Part shown: positions 49,848 to 63,660 of the stretch, piece after piece | How positions within the stretch are numbered: position 1 is the stretch's first letter | Layout: each line of letters starts with the position of its first letter | Source: Paragordius varius | Taxonomy: Eukaryota > Animalia > Nematomorpha | Length of the DNA stretch: 64,000 bases | Assembly (NCBI GenBank): GCA_964247055.1 | Contig: OZ176056.1 | Location: forward strand, 8,556,001-8,620,000 | Reading direction: 5' to 3' | The notes under the pieces: model-generated | Told to the model about the DNA's origin: nothing | The model's input: only the letters and a program-made list of their open reading frames with translations | The model's database searches: none | Made by a program: the position numbers and the translations under genes

Positions 49848-52274
49848 AGTTTTTTACCCCTTATTGTAAAATAAATTTTTGCTAAATACCTTAAAATCCC
49901 TACCATTTAAAAACCATTGATCATGTGTTTAGTATGTTGTAATTCGCAGAACAGTAGTGTATGGAAAAACCAACAAACAATGTGTTCATAAACCATTATT
50001 TTCTTTCATTTTTCCATACACAACTGTTGTGTTGCAATTTGCCTTACTATGGTGTGAAATAAGCAACAATATATTATAATATAAAAATTAATTGAAAACA
50101 TTTGGAACACACCGCCATAGAGATTGATAAAAAAGTATTTATTATTAAGCTATCAATATTAGCAAATTAAACAGATATGAATTGGTATTATTTACCAAAT
50201 TTTATTTAGTTGTCTCAAAATGACATATAAGACCATTGTTAAGTAATCAAAGTTATTTAAAAATTAAGATGTAATTTAACTATAATAACGGTATTTTGTA
50301 TATTATAAAAATTAGGGTATAAAATATTTAAAAAAAATAATACCTAATCAATAAAAGTGAATCAAAATATTTTTAAATAACCTTAAGATTTAAGAAAATA
50401 ATAATTTAAATATATGTATTATATTAGTGATAAAAAGGAAGTATATTTATTTAATATATTCATTAAAATTAGTTATTTAAAATATAATTATATAAAAAAA
50501 TTAGTAAACTATATTTAAAAGTAAAGGTAATTAATTATTTATTTTCTAAATAAAAAACAGCTGAGAAAGAAAAGTCTTAATAAAATTTTAATATTAAACT
50601 TTAAATTAATGAAATAATAATATACAAAAAATCATTAGTTAAGAAAGTCTCCAATTTAAATTTGTTTATAATTGGTGATAAAAATTTTAATTTATATTAA
50701 TTTTATTTTTACGTTTGACAAATATTACTTGTAGTAATCAAAAAATTTTATAGTTATCAAAAATATAATTATCTAAACAGCTGACCATGAAAATTGGTTA
50801 TTTTATAAACAGTAAGACAGAAAAACAGATAAATACAATATTTTAATTTGATAATATTTAAAAAAGAGATTCTTATCAATAGATTACTATAGAAATATTC
50901 TAAATTAGTTGTTTGTTGTTCTTATATTTTAGCAAAAATTCTTTAAGAGCCAAAATTTTGAAAAACTCAGGTAACTTTATAAAAAAATATTTAAATAATG
51001 GTTAAGATATACCATCATAACTTTTGAGATTTTGACTTTTCCGCGCACACAATGTTCAGAAACCACATCATTCTAATTGAATATAAAATAATGTTTAATA
51101 ATTAAATCAATATGTTGTTTAATAAAAATGCTGGTTGTTTTATAGTTTTTTTCAATCATAGTTAACTGTTTATTAATGATATTTAGCGTTGTTTTAAAAA
51201 ATAAATGCGTTCACAAAAACATTATAGCGGTTATTTCTTATTTATTACTAATTAACAAAAAATAAAAAAATTGATTAATATTTAGCTTTTTTAGGAAAAA
51301 AAACAAATTAACTATTTATTTTTTAATAAAATTTAGCGTTTTTTGATGAAAATTAGGTTAAAATGTAATCGTTTATGTAGGAATGAAAAACATAGTTTTG
51401 AAAATATCAAAAAAACAGCTGTTACGACAAATTCAATTAAAATGAAAAAAATATATATATTTAACTAAAATTCAATACTGCCCTGTAGTTTTTCAAAAAT
51501 ATCTTACGGTAATTAATATCAGCTGATTTTTAATAAATATTGGAGAATAATTATTAAATTTGGCTGTTTTAATAAAAAAATAGTAATTGCATAATTTGGC
51601 TGTAGTTAAAAAATTTTATAAAAAAATATCAGTTTTTAATTATAATTGAAATGTATTATAAAGGATATCAACATAACTCTCCTATTAGAAATAGCTAGGG
51701 GTTTATTGGTATATAACTATATTATTAAAATCCAACTGTTTCTTAGCGTTTAAATAACTTATAAAACCAGGATTTTAATTAGGTTATTTATATGCAAATT
51801 CAAATTTTTAAAAGGAGCTCTGTTTTAGAGTTTTTTCCAAAAAATATAAGCTAATTAACGGTATAAAATTTAAACTGTTCTTAATAAAATTAACTTTTAA
51901 AGGGCTTTTTACAAAAAATTACCCTTTAAAACCAAAAAATTAATTAACATTTTTATAAATGGCATTTTGATAATTTAATAATGTAAAAATAAATACCAAA
52001 TTTCAATATATATTCAAGCCAAACGTTTTCCATTACGATTCGTTTAAGTTTTTGCGAATTCAGGCAACGCATTTCTAAATTAATATAAGGTATATATTAT
52101 ACATTGCTATATTAAAATGTATATATTAATATTATTATAATAAATTAACTGTTTGAATAAATAAACTGTATAAATCATAAATATTTCACTTTTAAAATAA
52201 ATCAACTGTTATAATAAATCAACTGTTATAGTTGAATCAGTATAAATAAATTAAATAGTTCACTTAAATTAATT

Positions 52275-52730
52275 AACTGATTAATTAAATCAATAACAAC
52301 TTATTAATTAAAACAACTGCTTAAAAAAAACTGCTTAAAAAAACAACTGCTTAAAAAAACAACTGCTTAAAAAAACAACTGCTTAAAAAAACAACTGCTT
52401 AAAAAAACAACTGCTTAAAAAAACAACTGATTAATAAAAACAACTGATTAATAAAAACAACTGATTAATAAAACAACTGATTAATAAAACAACTGATTAA
52501 TAAAAACAACTGATTAATAAAAACAACTGATTAATTAAAACAACTGATCAATTAAAACAACTGATTAATTAAAACAACTGATTAATTAAAACAACTGATT
52601 AATTAAAACAACTGATTAATTAAAACAACTGATTAATAAAAACAACTGATTCATAAAAACAACTGATTCATAAAAACAACTATAAAACTAATTAATAAAA
52701 ACAACTAATTAATAATGACAACTGATAAAT
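52275..52730 (+). repeat. Minisatellite A, unit 3 (roughly 25 copies)
   Basis: A block of AACTGCTTAAAAAAAC followed by CAACTGATTAAT copies. Confidence 0.97.
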
Positions 52731-53209
52731 TAAAAAAACTGCTTAATAAAAATAACTGATAAATTAAAAAACCTGAAATATCAAAACAACTCAAATAAAA
52801 AAACAAATGTTTTAAAAAATATTTTAAAACATTTAATATAACTATAATATTAATCAAGAATTTGAACTGTAAAAAATTACCAAATTCAAAAATATCAAGC
52901 CAAAATTTTTTGCTTTACGATTCGTTTCAGTTTTTGCGCAAATAATTGATTGAGGCAACACATTCTAAAAAAAATAATGAAAATAAATAAATTGATAAAT
53001 ATAAACGATTAATTACAATATAATAATTCAAAAAAACGCTATTTAAGAATGAATATGTTTTGTAATTAATTATCTAAAAAACCAATTTGCTGGCATTCAA
53101 GCAATTTTGCCGAATTGAGCGAATTAATATATATAATTTAAGCATTTTTTTTAAACTTTCTGATTTTTAGAATTATTATTAGTACAACATTTGGGTTTAT
53201 AGGCATATT

Positions 53210-56200
53210 TTTAACCGATTAGCAAATTTTAAGGAAATTTTAACCGATTTTAGCAAATTTTAAGGAAATTTTAACCGATTATTAGCAAATTTTAAGGAAA
53301 CTTTAATCGATTTTTAGCCTATTATAAGGAAACTTTAACCGATTATTAGCAAATTTTAAGATAATTTTAACCGATTTTTAGCCTATTATAAGGAAACTTT
53401 AACCGATTATTAGCAAATTTTAAGAAAACTTTAACCGATTTTTCAAATTTTAAGGAAACTTTAACCGATTATGGCTAATTTTCATGAAACTTTAACCGAT
53501 TTTTAACAAAACTTAAGGAAACTTTAACCGATTTTTAGCAAATTTTAGCCGATTTTTAGCAAATTTTAAGGAAATTTTAACCGATTTTTAACAAAACTTA
53601 AGGAAACTTTAACCGATTTTTAGCAAATTTCAGGGAAACTTTAACCGATTTTTAACAAAACTGAAGGAAACTTTAACCAATTTTTAGCAAATTTTAAGGA
53701 ATCTTTAACCGATTTTTAGCAAATTTTAAGGAAATTTTAACCGATTTTTAACAAAACTTAAGGAAACTTTAACCGATTTTTAGCAAATTTTAGGGAAACT
53801 TTAACCGATTTTTAACATTAAGGAAACTTTAACCGATTTTTAGCCTATTATAAGGAAACTTTAACCGATTATTAGCAAATTTTAGGGAAACTTTAACCGA
53901 TTTTTAACAAAACTGAAGGAAACTTTAACCGATTTTTAACAAAACTGAAGGAAACTTTAACCGATTTTTAGCAAATTTTAGGGAAACTTTAACCGATTTT
54001 TAACATTAAGGAAACTTTAACCGATTTTTAGCCTATTATAAGGAAACTTTAACCGATTATTAGCAAATTTTAAGAAAACTTTAACCGATTTTTAGTAAAT
54101 TTTAAGGAAATTTTAGCAAATTTTAAAAAAATTTTAACCGATTTTTAGCAAATTTTGGGGAAATTTTAACCGATTTAACATATTTTAAGGAAACTTTAAC
54201 CGATTTTAGCAAATTTTAAGAAAACTTTAACCGATTATTAGCAAATTTTAAGATAATTTTAACCGATTTTTAGCCTATTATAAGGAATCTTTAACCGATT
54301 TTTAGCAAATTTTAAGGAAATTTTAACCGATTTTTAACAAAACTTTAGGAAACTTTAACCGATTTTTAGCAAATTTCAGGGAAACTTTAACCGATTTTTA
54401 ACAAAACTGAAGGAAACTTTAACCAATTTTTAGCAAATTTTAAGGAATCTTTAACCGATTTTTAGCAAATTTTAAGGAAATTTTAACCGATTTTTAGCAA
54501 ATTTTAGGGAAACTTTAACCGATTTTTAACAAAACTGAAGGAAACTTTAACCGATTTTTAGCAAATTTTAGGGTAACTTTAACCGATTTTTAACAAACCG
54601 ATTTTTAGCAAATTTCAGGGAAACTTTAACCGATTTTTAACAAAACTGAAGGAAACTTTAACCAATTTTTAGCAAATTTTAAGGAATCTTTAACCGATTT
54701 TTAGCAAATTTTAAGAAAATTTTAACCGATTTTTAACAAAACTTAAGGAAACTTTAACCGATTTTTAGCAAATTTTAAGGAAACTTTAATCGATTTTTAG
54801 CCTATTATAAGGAAACTTTAACTGATTATTAGCAAATTTTAAGGAAACTTTAACCGATTTTTAGCCTATTATAAGGAATCTTTAACCGATTTTTAGCAAA
54901 TTTTAAGGAAATTTTAACCGATTTTTAACAAAACTTAAGGAAACTTTAACCGATTTTTAGCAAATTTTAGGGAAACTTTAACCGATTTTTAACATTAAGG
55001 AAACTTTAACCGATTTTTAGCCTATTATAAGGAAACTTTAACCGATTATTAGCAAATTTTAAGAAAACTTTAACCGATTTTTAGTAAATTTTAAGGAAAT
55101 TTTAGCAAATTTTAAAAAAATTTTAACCGATTTTTAGCAAATTTTGGGGAAATTTTAACCGATTTAACATATTTTAAGGAAACTTTAACCGATTATTAGC
55201 AAATTTTAAGATAATTTTAACCGATTTTTAGCCTATTATAAGGAATCTTTAACCGATTTTTAGCAAATTTTAAGGAAATTTTAACCGATTTTTAACAAAA
55301 CTTTAGGAAACTTTAACCGATTTTTAGCAAATTTCAGGGAAACTTTAACCGATTTTTAACAAAACTGAAGGAAACTTTAACCAATTTTTAGCAAATTTTA
55401 AGGAATCTTTAACCGATTTTTAGCAAATTTTAAGGAATCTTTAACCGATTTTTAGCAAATTTTAAGGAAATTTTAACCGATTTTTAACCGATTTTTAGCA
55501 AATTTTAGGGAAACTTTAACCGATTTTTAACAAAACTGAAGGAAACTTTAACCGATTTTTAGCAAATTTTAGGGTAACTTTAACCGATTTTTAACAAACC
55601 GATTTTTAGCAAATTTCAGGGAAACTTTAACCGATTTTTAACAAAACTGAAGGAAACTTTAACCAATTTTTAGCAAATTTTAAGGAATCTTTAACCGATT
55701 ATTAGCAAATTTTAAGATAATTTTAACCGATTTTTAGCAAATTTTAAGGAAATTTTAACCGATTTTTGACATTAAGGAAACTTTAACCGATTTTTAGCAA
55801 ATTTTAGGGAAACTTTAACCGATTTTTAACAATAAGGAAACTTTAACCGATTTTTAGCAAATTTTAAGGAAATTTTAACCGATTTTTAACAAAACTTAAG
55901 GAATCTTTAACCGATTTTTAGCAAATTTTAAGGAAATTTTAACCGATTTTTAACAAAACTTAAGGAAACTTTAACCGATTTTTAGCAAATTTCAGGGAAA
56001 CTTTAACCGATTTTTAACAAAACTGAAGGAAACTTTAACCAATTTTTAGCAAATTTTAAGGAATCTTTAACCGATTTTTAGCAAATTTTAAGGAAATTTT
56101 AACCGATTTTTAGCAAATTTTAGGGAAACTTTAACCGATTTTTAACAAAACTGAAGGAAACTTTAACCAATTTTTAGCAAATTTTAAGGAATCTTTAACC

Positions 56201-57128
56201 AATTTTAGCAAATTTTAGGGAAACTTTAACCGATTTTTAACAATAAGGAAACTTTAACCGATTTTTAGCAAATTTTAAGAAAATTTTAAGCGATTTTTAA
56301 CAAAACTTAAGGAATCTTTAACCGATTTTTAGCAAATTTTAAGGAAATTTTAACCGATTTTTAACAAAACTTAAGGAAACTTTAACCAATTTTTAGCAAA
56401 TTTTAAGGAAACTTTAACCGATTTTTAGCAAATTTTAGGGAAACTTTAACCGATTTTTAACATTAAGGAAACTTTAACCGATTTTTAGCAAATTTTAAGG
56501 AAATTTTAACCGATTTTTAACAAAACTTAAGGAAACTTTAACCGATTTTTAGCAAATTTTAGGGTAACTTTAACCGATTTTTAACATTAAGGAAACTTTA
56601 ACCGATTTTTAGCAAATTTTAAGGAAATTTTAACCGATTTTTAACAAAACTTAAGGAAACTTTAACCGATTTTTAGCAAATTTTAGGGTAACTTTAACCG
56701 ATTTTTAACAATAAGGAAACTTTAACCGATTTTTAGCAAATTTCAGGGAAACTTTAACCGATTTTTAGCAAATTTCAGGGAAACTTTAACCGATTTTTAA
56801 CAAAACTGAAGGAAACTTTAACCAATTTTTAGCAAATTTTAAGGAAACTTTAATCGATTTTTAGCCTATTATAAGGAAACTTTAACTGATTATTAGCAAA
56901 TTTTAAGGAAACTTTAACCGATTTTTAGCCTATTATAAGGAAACTTTAACCGATTTTAGCAAATTTTAGGGAAACTTTAACCGATTTTTAGCAAATTTCA
57001 GGGAAACTTTAACGCATTTTTAGCATAACCGATTTTTAGCTAAATTTAAGAAAATTTTAACCGTTTTTAGGAATTGTTAAGAAAGAAACTTTAACCGATT
57101 TTTTTTAAGGTAACTTTAACCGATTTTT
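53210..57128 (+). repeat. 32 bp satellite B, unit 3 (~3.9 kb)
   Basis: Same consensus; the variant set resembles unit 2 (AACAAAACTKAAGG, TTTCAGGG, AACATTAAGG). Confidence 0.98.
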
Positions 57129-59993
57129 AAATTGATTTTTATTTAATTTCTCATTTTTTTAACAAACTTTAAACAATTTTAAATAATTTTAGTGTATTTT
57201 TAAGAAACTTTAATACCATTTTTTTACTTTTTTTGAACCACCTTAAGTCATTTTATGTAAGAAAAAATAGAAGACACGAAAAGAAGGCGTGATATCAATT
57301 ATACGCCCGAAAACCCAAAACCAATTTGTTGTACATAATTTATATACTAGGAATTTTTTAGAGGAGGGGTGGTCAACAAGCGGCTCCTTAAATATTGAGG
57401 CTGCCGCGAGAAATTTATATACAAGTTTTTATAAAATTTAAGGAAAATTAATTATCTTAAACAAATTTTCTGAATAAATTTTTCCGGAATTTTGGCAATT
57501 TCCTTAAAAAAATGATAACAAAATAGTGGTTTTTACAGTATCATTTATAATATCTAATAAAATGTTAGCTAATGCCCATATATTTAGCCAATTTGGACCG
57601 CGAATCCATAGAATATGAAATTATTTTTTAAGAAATTAAATTTTATAGGACGAGCATGCACCTAAAAAATAATAACTTAAGTTCACCTTTATATGTTAAC
57701 ACTTCCTCTCCATTATCAAAAAATTTTTACAAAATTTTAGAGAAAGAAATTCAATGCTAAAATATTTTACCAAGAGCTATAATTTATGTAAAATTATTTT
57801 AAATTGGAAGGATATTTTAGATTTCAAAACAAGCAAGCATCTAAATAATTATAACATATGTTCACCTTTCTATTTCATCTTCCTCAAACAAATGAAAAAA
57901 AAAATTTTAAAAGATCAACAAACCCACTTGTTAGCAATATAGTATCATAATTAGACATCTATTTAGTTTTTTTTTAAAAATGGATAATAATAAAATATTA
58001 CTAGGTTTGTGTTAAAATTTGCCAGATAGAATTGCCAAGTAAATGGCTAATAGCAAGAAAAGATTCTTTTTGAAGTTAATAAATGTTCCTTATCATTTGT
58101 ATCTGGCAATATTTTAATGCAAACCCAGAAATGATTCGTAATTATACTGTATATATATAAAACATGCAAAACTTACATATATTGTTTGATCAGAATTGTA
58201 TTAAAACGTATTTTCCCATTTCAGTCGTATAATATCAACCATGTTTCCAATACTTTGTCGTTTTATTGTGGTCGATTGTTTCCAAGATTTGGTTGGACAG
58301 CTTCCTTTTTTCAATTAACAATGGTATTCTAATGATTAAGTATAAACAATTTACCTTATTATATAGTAATGGCAATACATTGTATAGCTGGAGAGATCAA
58401 GACATGACAAGGGAAGTTGCATATGCACCCAATCTATCCACCCATTTGAGAAAATGTGCGAGGAAAAAAAAAACTAAATAAATGAAAAAAAATAAAATTT
58501 TCGCCCTTTATATAGGGCATAATGTATATGTTATCTTTTTATCCAATCAAATTAATGTGTGCATTTGCGCCTTTTTCCCCCTTCTGGAAAAATGTTTCAC
58601 ATTATTTTCCCTCTCTTTATTGCGCAACATTGTTTGGGCGCCTCTATTTTATTATTATTCCCTCCCTCCTCATGTGCACATTCCAATAAAACATATAATA
58701 TTATATATGATTCATCATATCTAAAAATAATCCTTTTTATTACAATAATGTTATTTGGCTGGCGCCTATAAAGAAATGTAAATAAAATTCGGAGAAAAAT
58801 ATGTTAAAAAAATATGGCAATAATATTTTAACAATCCTTATTAATAATAAATGAAAAATTTGAATTTATTTTCTTACTTAAATGTTTGATTACACAAATG
58901 GCTAATATCAAAATTAATTAATTAATTAATCTAATTTGTTTCAATATTAAAAAAAATAATTTTTCATAGAGGTATTTAAATTTTTACCAGGTTTTTTTTA
59001 TTTAAAACAGAATGTTTAAAGGCCTTTATAGATTATTATATAAAGATTTTAAATTATATATTTGATTTTTTTCAAATGGTTTCTGCAATCATTTAATGTC
59101 TAATTAATGTTAAAATCAACTAACCTTCAACAACAAAGAGCTCTGAATTACGTTTTTTGAGTTCCAAAATAATTATAAATCATCACAGATAATTATATTT
59201 AGGTAAAAGATATTCAAAATGTACTTAAGATTACGTAGATATTATTCTTTCTTAATCCATACTAATATATATATATATCAGATATAAGTTATTATTTTGT
59301 TTTAATTCAACTAAAAAATTTGTAAATATAAGCATGAGAATAAGTTGTGTCCTGTGAGGATAAGGGTTATTGTAAGAAGCTTTGTTTCAGTTTTTGAATA
59401 GAAGGCCGAAACTCTGTCTTTTATTAAAAGTTATCTTTATTAAAACTAAATTTTAACTTTTTGTATACCATAGAAAGATACAGAATACCAGGGACTTGCT
59501 ATCTTAACATTAATTAACCTTTAAAAGTGTAATAATTCTCAACTGTGAAATGGTTGAATCCTAATTATTTTTATTTAAAATATAATGGATTATTAATTAA
59601 ATTATCCCAAAACCTTCTAAGCTTGCAATGTTAATTTCCTATCATTCATGCGAAATTATAAATAGTTCAATTTAAAAGTTAATAAACAGTTCAATTAAAA
59701 TATTAACAAATATTTTAAAAGTCAATCAAGGGAGTTTCTTCATTCAATAACTATATATAACCACACGACAATAACGTGAACAAACTAAAACACGATAACA
59801 ATGTTGGATAAAAAAATAATTAATTCGTTCATTTTTTTTAATAATTAGTTCCGGTTTTTAAAAGCTGAATTGTAATCTTTTCAAACAGCAGACATTTATC
59901 TTCTTTACTTTAATTGAAAAACCAATAAAAATCTTTGGTTATATGATTAAAAATGTAAATCATTTCAATCTCTAGTTTATAGTATGATACTGT

Positions 59994-60111
59994 AAGGTTT
60001 CGACTTTGTGGGCTAGGGTTAGGGTGAGGGATTGGAGTTGGTTCATTTTTTTAAAGAAGTCCACAGGACTTCCTCGGGCTGCGAAGCAGGCCGAGACCCA
60101 CGTATTTTCTT
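59994..60111 (+). mobile_element. G4 + twin-hairpin module inside a diverged patch, unit 3
   Basis: G4 motif and both stems intact; hairpin-1 loop GCA>ACA. Confidence 0.55.
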
Positions 60112-62375
60112 ACTACTTATACCTTATATTTATGAATAATTTTATAAGGTCACCAATTATAATTTATAAATAATACAGAGATAAGTAAAAAAAGTTGAAT
60201 TTTATTAGGAAATAATTAAAGATCCGTGCTAGTATTTGTAAAGAAGAACAGTGGTTTAATCTTTTTTTAACTAAAAGGACTTGCAAACATTACATACCAT
60301 GTTTACATCTAATTTTTATTATCCAAAACTTTAATATATTTCATATAGTTTAGGATTATCTTACTATTTATACCTATTTATAATTAATTTTTACTTAAAT
60401 ACAAAGATCCCAATAAAAAATTATTAATAATAGAGAGTTAGGTATTGAATTTTATTGGGAAATAATTGGAGATCCGTTCTAGTATTAGTAAATAAGAACA
60501 ATGGATTAAACATTTTTTTTAGCTGTACTGCAAACATTACATAACATGTTTACATTAATTTTTATTACCCAAATCCTTAATATATATCATATAGTTTAGG
60601 AATCCTTATTTTTAACTTCTTAATAAAAATTTTGTGTTAGGTACAAATTGTCATTCTATATTCTGCTTATTGATTTAATCAGCTTTAGTTTGTACTTCAT
60701 CTTAATTTAATCTATTTAAATTTTATATAAATTATAAAAAGATGTCTTTATTTGTATTTAAAAATTAAATCTTTGAAAAATAGGGCCTTATCCAAACTAG
60801 ACCACCTATATTTAAAAATAAAAATTTAATTCGAAACATAGTTAAATTTAAATTATTTCGTTTTTAATTATATATTAATAGCATTTTAATTTTGATTCAT
60901 TACTAATTTTAAAATTGATTAAGGTCCTAGAATTGAATTTAGGTATCTGTAGGAAAAATTGTGCATTGCTCTAAGTTACATGGTTTGAAGAATAAAATGT
61001 CAAGTAAACGAATTATATATTTATTTCTATATGTGTAAGACTCATTTCATATGTTTTTGGGATGAAATAACCCTAACCAACTCATATTTGGATAAACATT
61101 AAGGCTTTTGACTTTGTGGACTAGGGTTAGGGTGAGGGATTGGAGTTGGTTCATTTTCTTAAAGAAGTCACCCTTCATCCAATTTAAAGAGGTTCATGAA
61201 TATTATTTGCTAAATCTGTGTTTTCCTATTATAAATTTAATTAAACTCACTATGACATCGCTTATATGTAAATATAAAAAAATATTTTTATCAAACCTGG
61301 ATACTGTCGCAACAAAACCATTTATGAATTTAAATCGAAGAATTGTTTATAATATAGTATTTTCATCATAAATTCTTAATTCAAAATGGTGTTTTATACG
61401 AAAATAAATTTCCAGATTACGCAAATTAGTAGTAGAGGAAAATCAATGATATAAGCGTTCAGTCCGATATAAGGGATTGCAATTGTTTTAGGGTAAAAGA
61501 AGACTTGTAAGCAATAAAGTGCTTATAAAATTTAATTTTAAATTTTTCTAATAAATTTGATCAAAATAATTGTAAATATCGAAGTTAATACTCTAATATA
61601 TATATATATATAAAATTACTAATGATGGATAAGAGGATTTGATTTGTCAAATTACCTATGAATGTAAAATAGTTAGTTTAAAACCGAATAATATTAGTGA
61701 GCAAATCCTAAAATGATAAAATATGTTTATTGGAGAATGAATATAAGTTAAAGTTTAATTAATTATAGTTATACTTACCCAAGGTATAATATACAAGAGG
61801 CATCAATACAATTTAAATATTAAATAGCCATATTATAAAAATTTATTTATATTCTCATCTTTATCGGAGACAAAAATATTTTTTCATGTCATACCACATA
61901 AATAATTATATTAAAAAATCAACATTAACGATATAAGTTAATTTTATTTAAGTAATTCCAAATTTTTTAATCCAAATTCATTTCTCTTTTGCTAGGTGGT
62001 ATTCATACATACATAAATTCAAAAATTTGCTTCACAATACTAAATTCGGACAGGATGGTTCATTATATGCCTACTTTGTTTCGGAAAAGTTATGGCTTTT
62101 TGAATGCGTTTAGTTGAAAATATTTTACATTTTTCAATGGATATCACAGAATTATGACAAACCAAAAACTTTAATTTGTTGTGGAAAGCAAATGTGAACT
62201 TGATTCCGTATTAAATTTGGAAATTAACTCAAATTGTATGGATCTTGCAGTGAGTAGCAAATATAATTGTTTATTGCGTTCTATTTTGGACTTTATATAA
62301 GGATTGTTTTCTTCAAAAAACTTAAAATATATACGCAAATTTTTATATATTTTTTTGTTTTGAGTATTATTTTAG

Positions 62376-62510
62376 ACTTTATAACAAAACTATCAACACA
62401 TAACATTACAAGAATTTTCCGGGTGTGTTTAAGCTGGTTTATTACCTCGGTCTAAAGATGTCATTTTACTGGCAGATCTTGTGGATTCGTGTAAACCTGG
62501 AGATGATATT
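62376..62510 (+). pseudogene. MCM2: MCM2 pseudo-exon, unit 3
   Basis: Same sequence as 43943-44077. Confidence 0.9.
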
Positions 62511-63010
62511 GTAACAATTTTTTTTGTTTTCTTATGTAATTAACACATAATTCACATACACATAACATCATTTTTAAATATCTTTAACTGTTTTCTATCA
62601 GGTTTTTTTTAATTAAGCTTCAAATATTATATAATTAATCATACACACAATGCACACAATATTCTGTTGGATATAAATATTCTAATAAAATAGGTCAAAA
62701 ATTAATAGGTTGCTTTTAATTTCGGGACGAATCATCTCAAAATTCCAAATTATCCCCATTTTTTTATAATATTTTTAGGATAACAAAAACTCTTTATATA
62801 TAATATATATATATATAGGATAAACTTAAAAGAATTGATTAAGTTTAATTGGGACTTTTGTAGATATTAAGTTTTTATACCACTGAATAGGTCATCTAAT
62901 GGTAACAAAGTGATAAGAAGCACTATATGAAATTATATGTGATTAGAATTTCAAAATAGGTTATTTTAGATATATTTTGATCAAATTTTAAACGAAACAT
63001 TTGGTATTTA

Positions 63011-63660
63011 ATGTCCACAGGGCATATTCTTGGGTTCTGCGCCAACAGTAGTCGATTAATTAACTTGCGACATCATAATATAGTGGGTCACATAAAACAA
63101 AACCTCCCATCCAATGCACGACTAATATCCGAAAATCAAGCGCTGGACTCGTCAGGATTACGACCCGATCTCGTGGTGGCCCAACAAATGCCTTATCATC
63201 GATCCAACTGTCACCCACGAGAACGGGCCCAAAGCCCTAGATGAAGCACATAATATTAAGATAGAGAAGTATCGTCACCTCACAGTCTCACTTTCCGGCC
63301 AATTTGACGAGGTTTATATCATTTCAATCGTCGTGGGCGTACTTGGATCATGGCACCCCAAAAACAAAAGATTATTCGAAAACATTAATATGAAAAATAA
63401 GGCTGAGATGAGAAAGGATATAGTCATCGAAACCATCAAATTTTCCTAATATATTCTTTGAATTTACCAGTGGTAGAAACTATATCCCCTCCTTCCCGGA
63501 AACATCCACGTCCAACCTCATCCCACAGTCCCACTGCACATCCGTAACACAATAAGGCTCAATTTGTATCAATATATCAATTCTGTCCATATGATCACCT
63601 ATATTTCTTTTTAACAATGTTTTTTATATTCCTTCAATTTTTATTTTTATCAAAATAAAT
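63011..63660 (+). mobile_element. 5'-truncated RLE-type non-LTR retrotransposon, unit 3
   Basis: Same 5' junction as unit 2; the 3' part mixes unit-1 and unit-2 variants. Confidence 0.9.

Larger units (their letters stand above)
20113..51005 (+). repeat. Composite macro-repeat unit 2 (~30.9 kb)
   Basis: Colinear with unit 1. Longer because the 32 bp array is ~16.4 kb; lacks unit-1 segment ~13836-16561. Confidence 0.95.
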
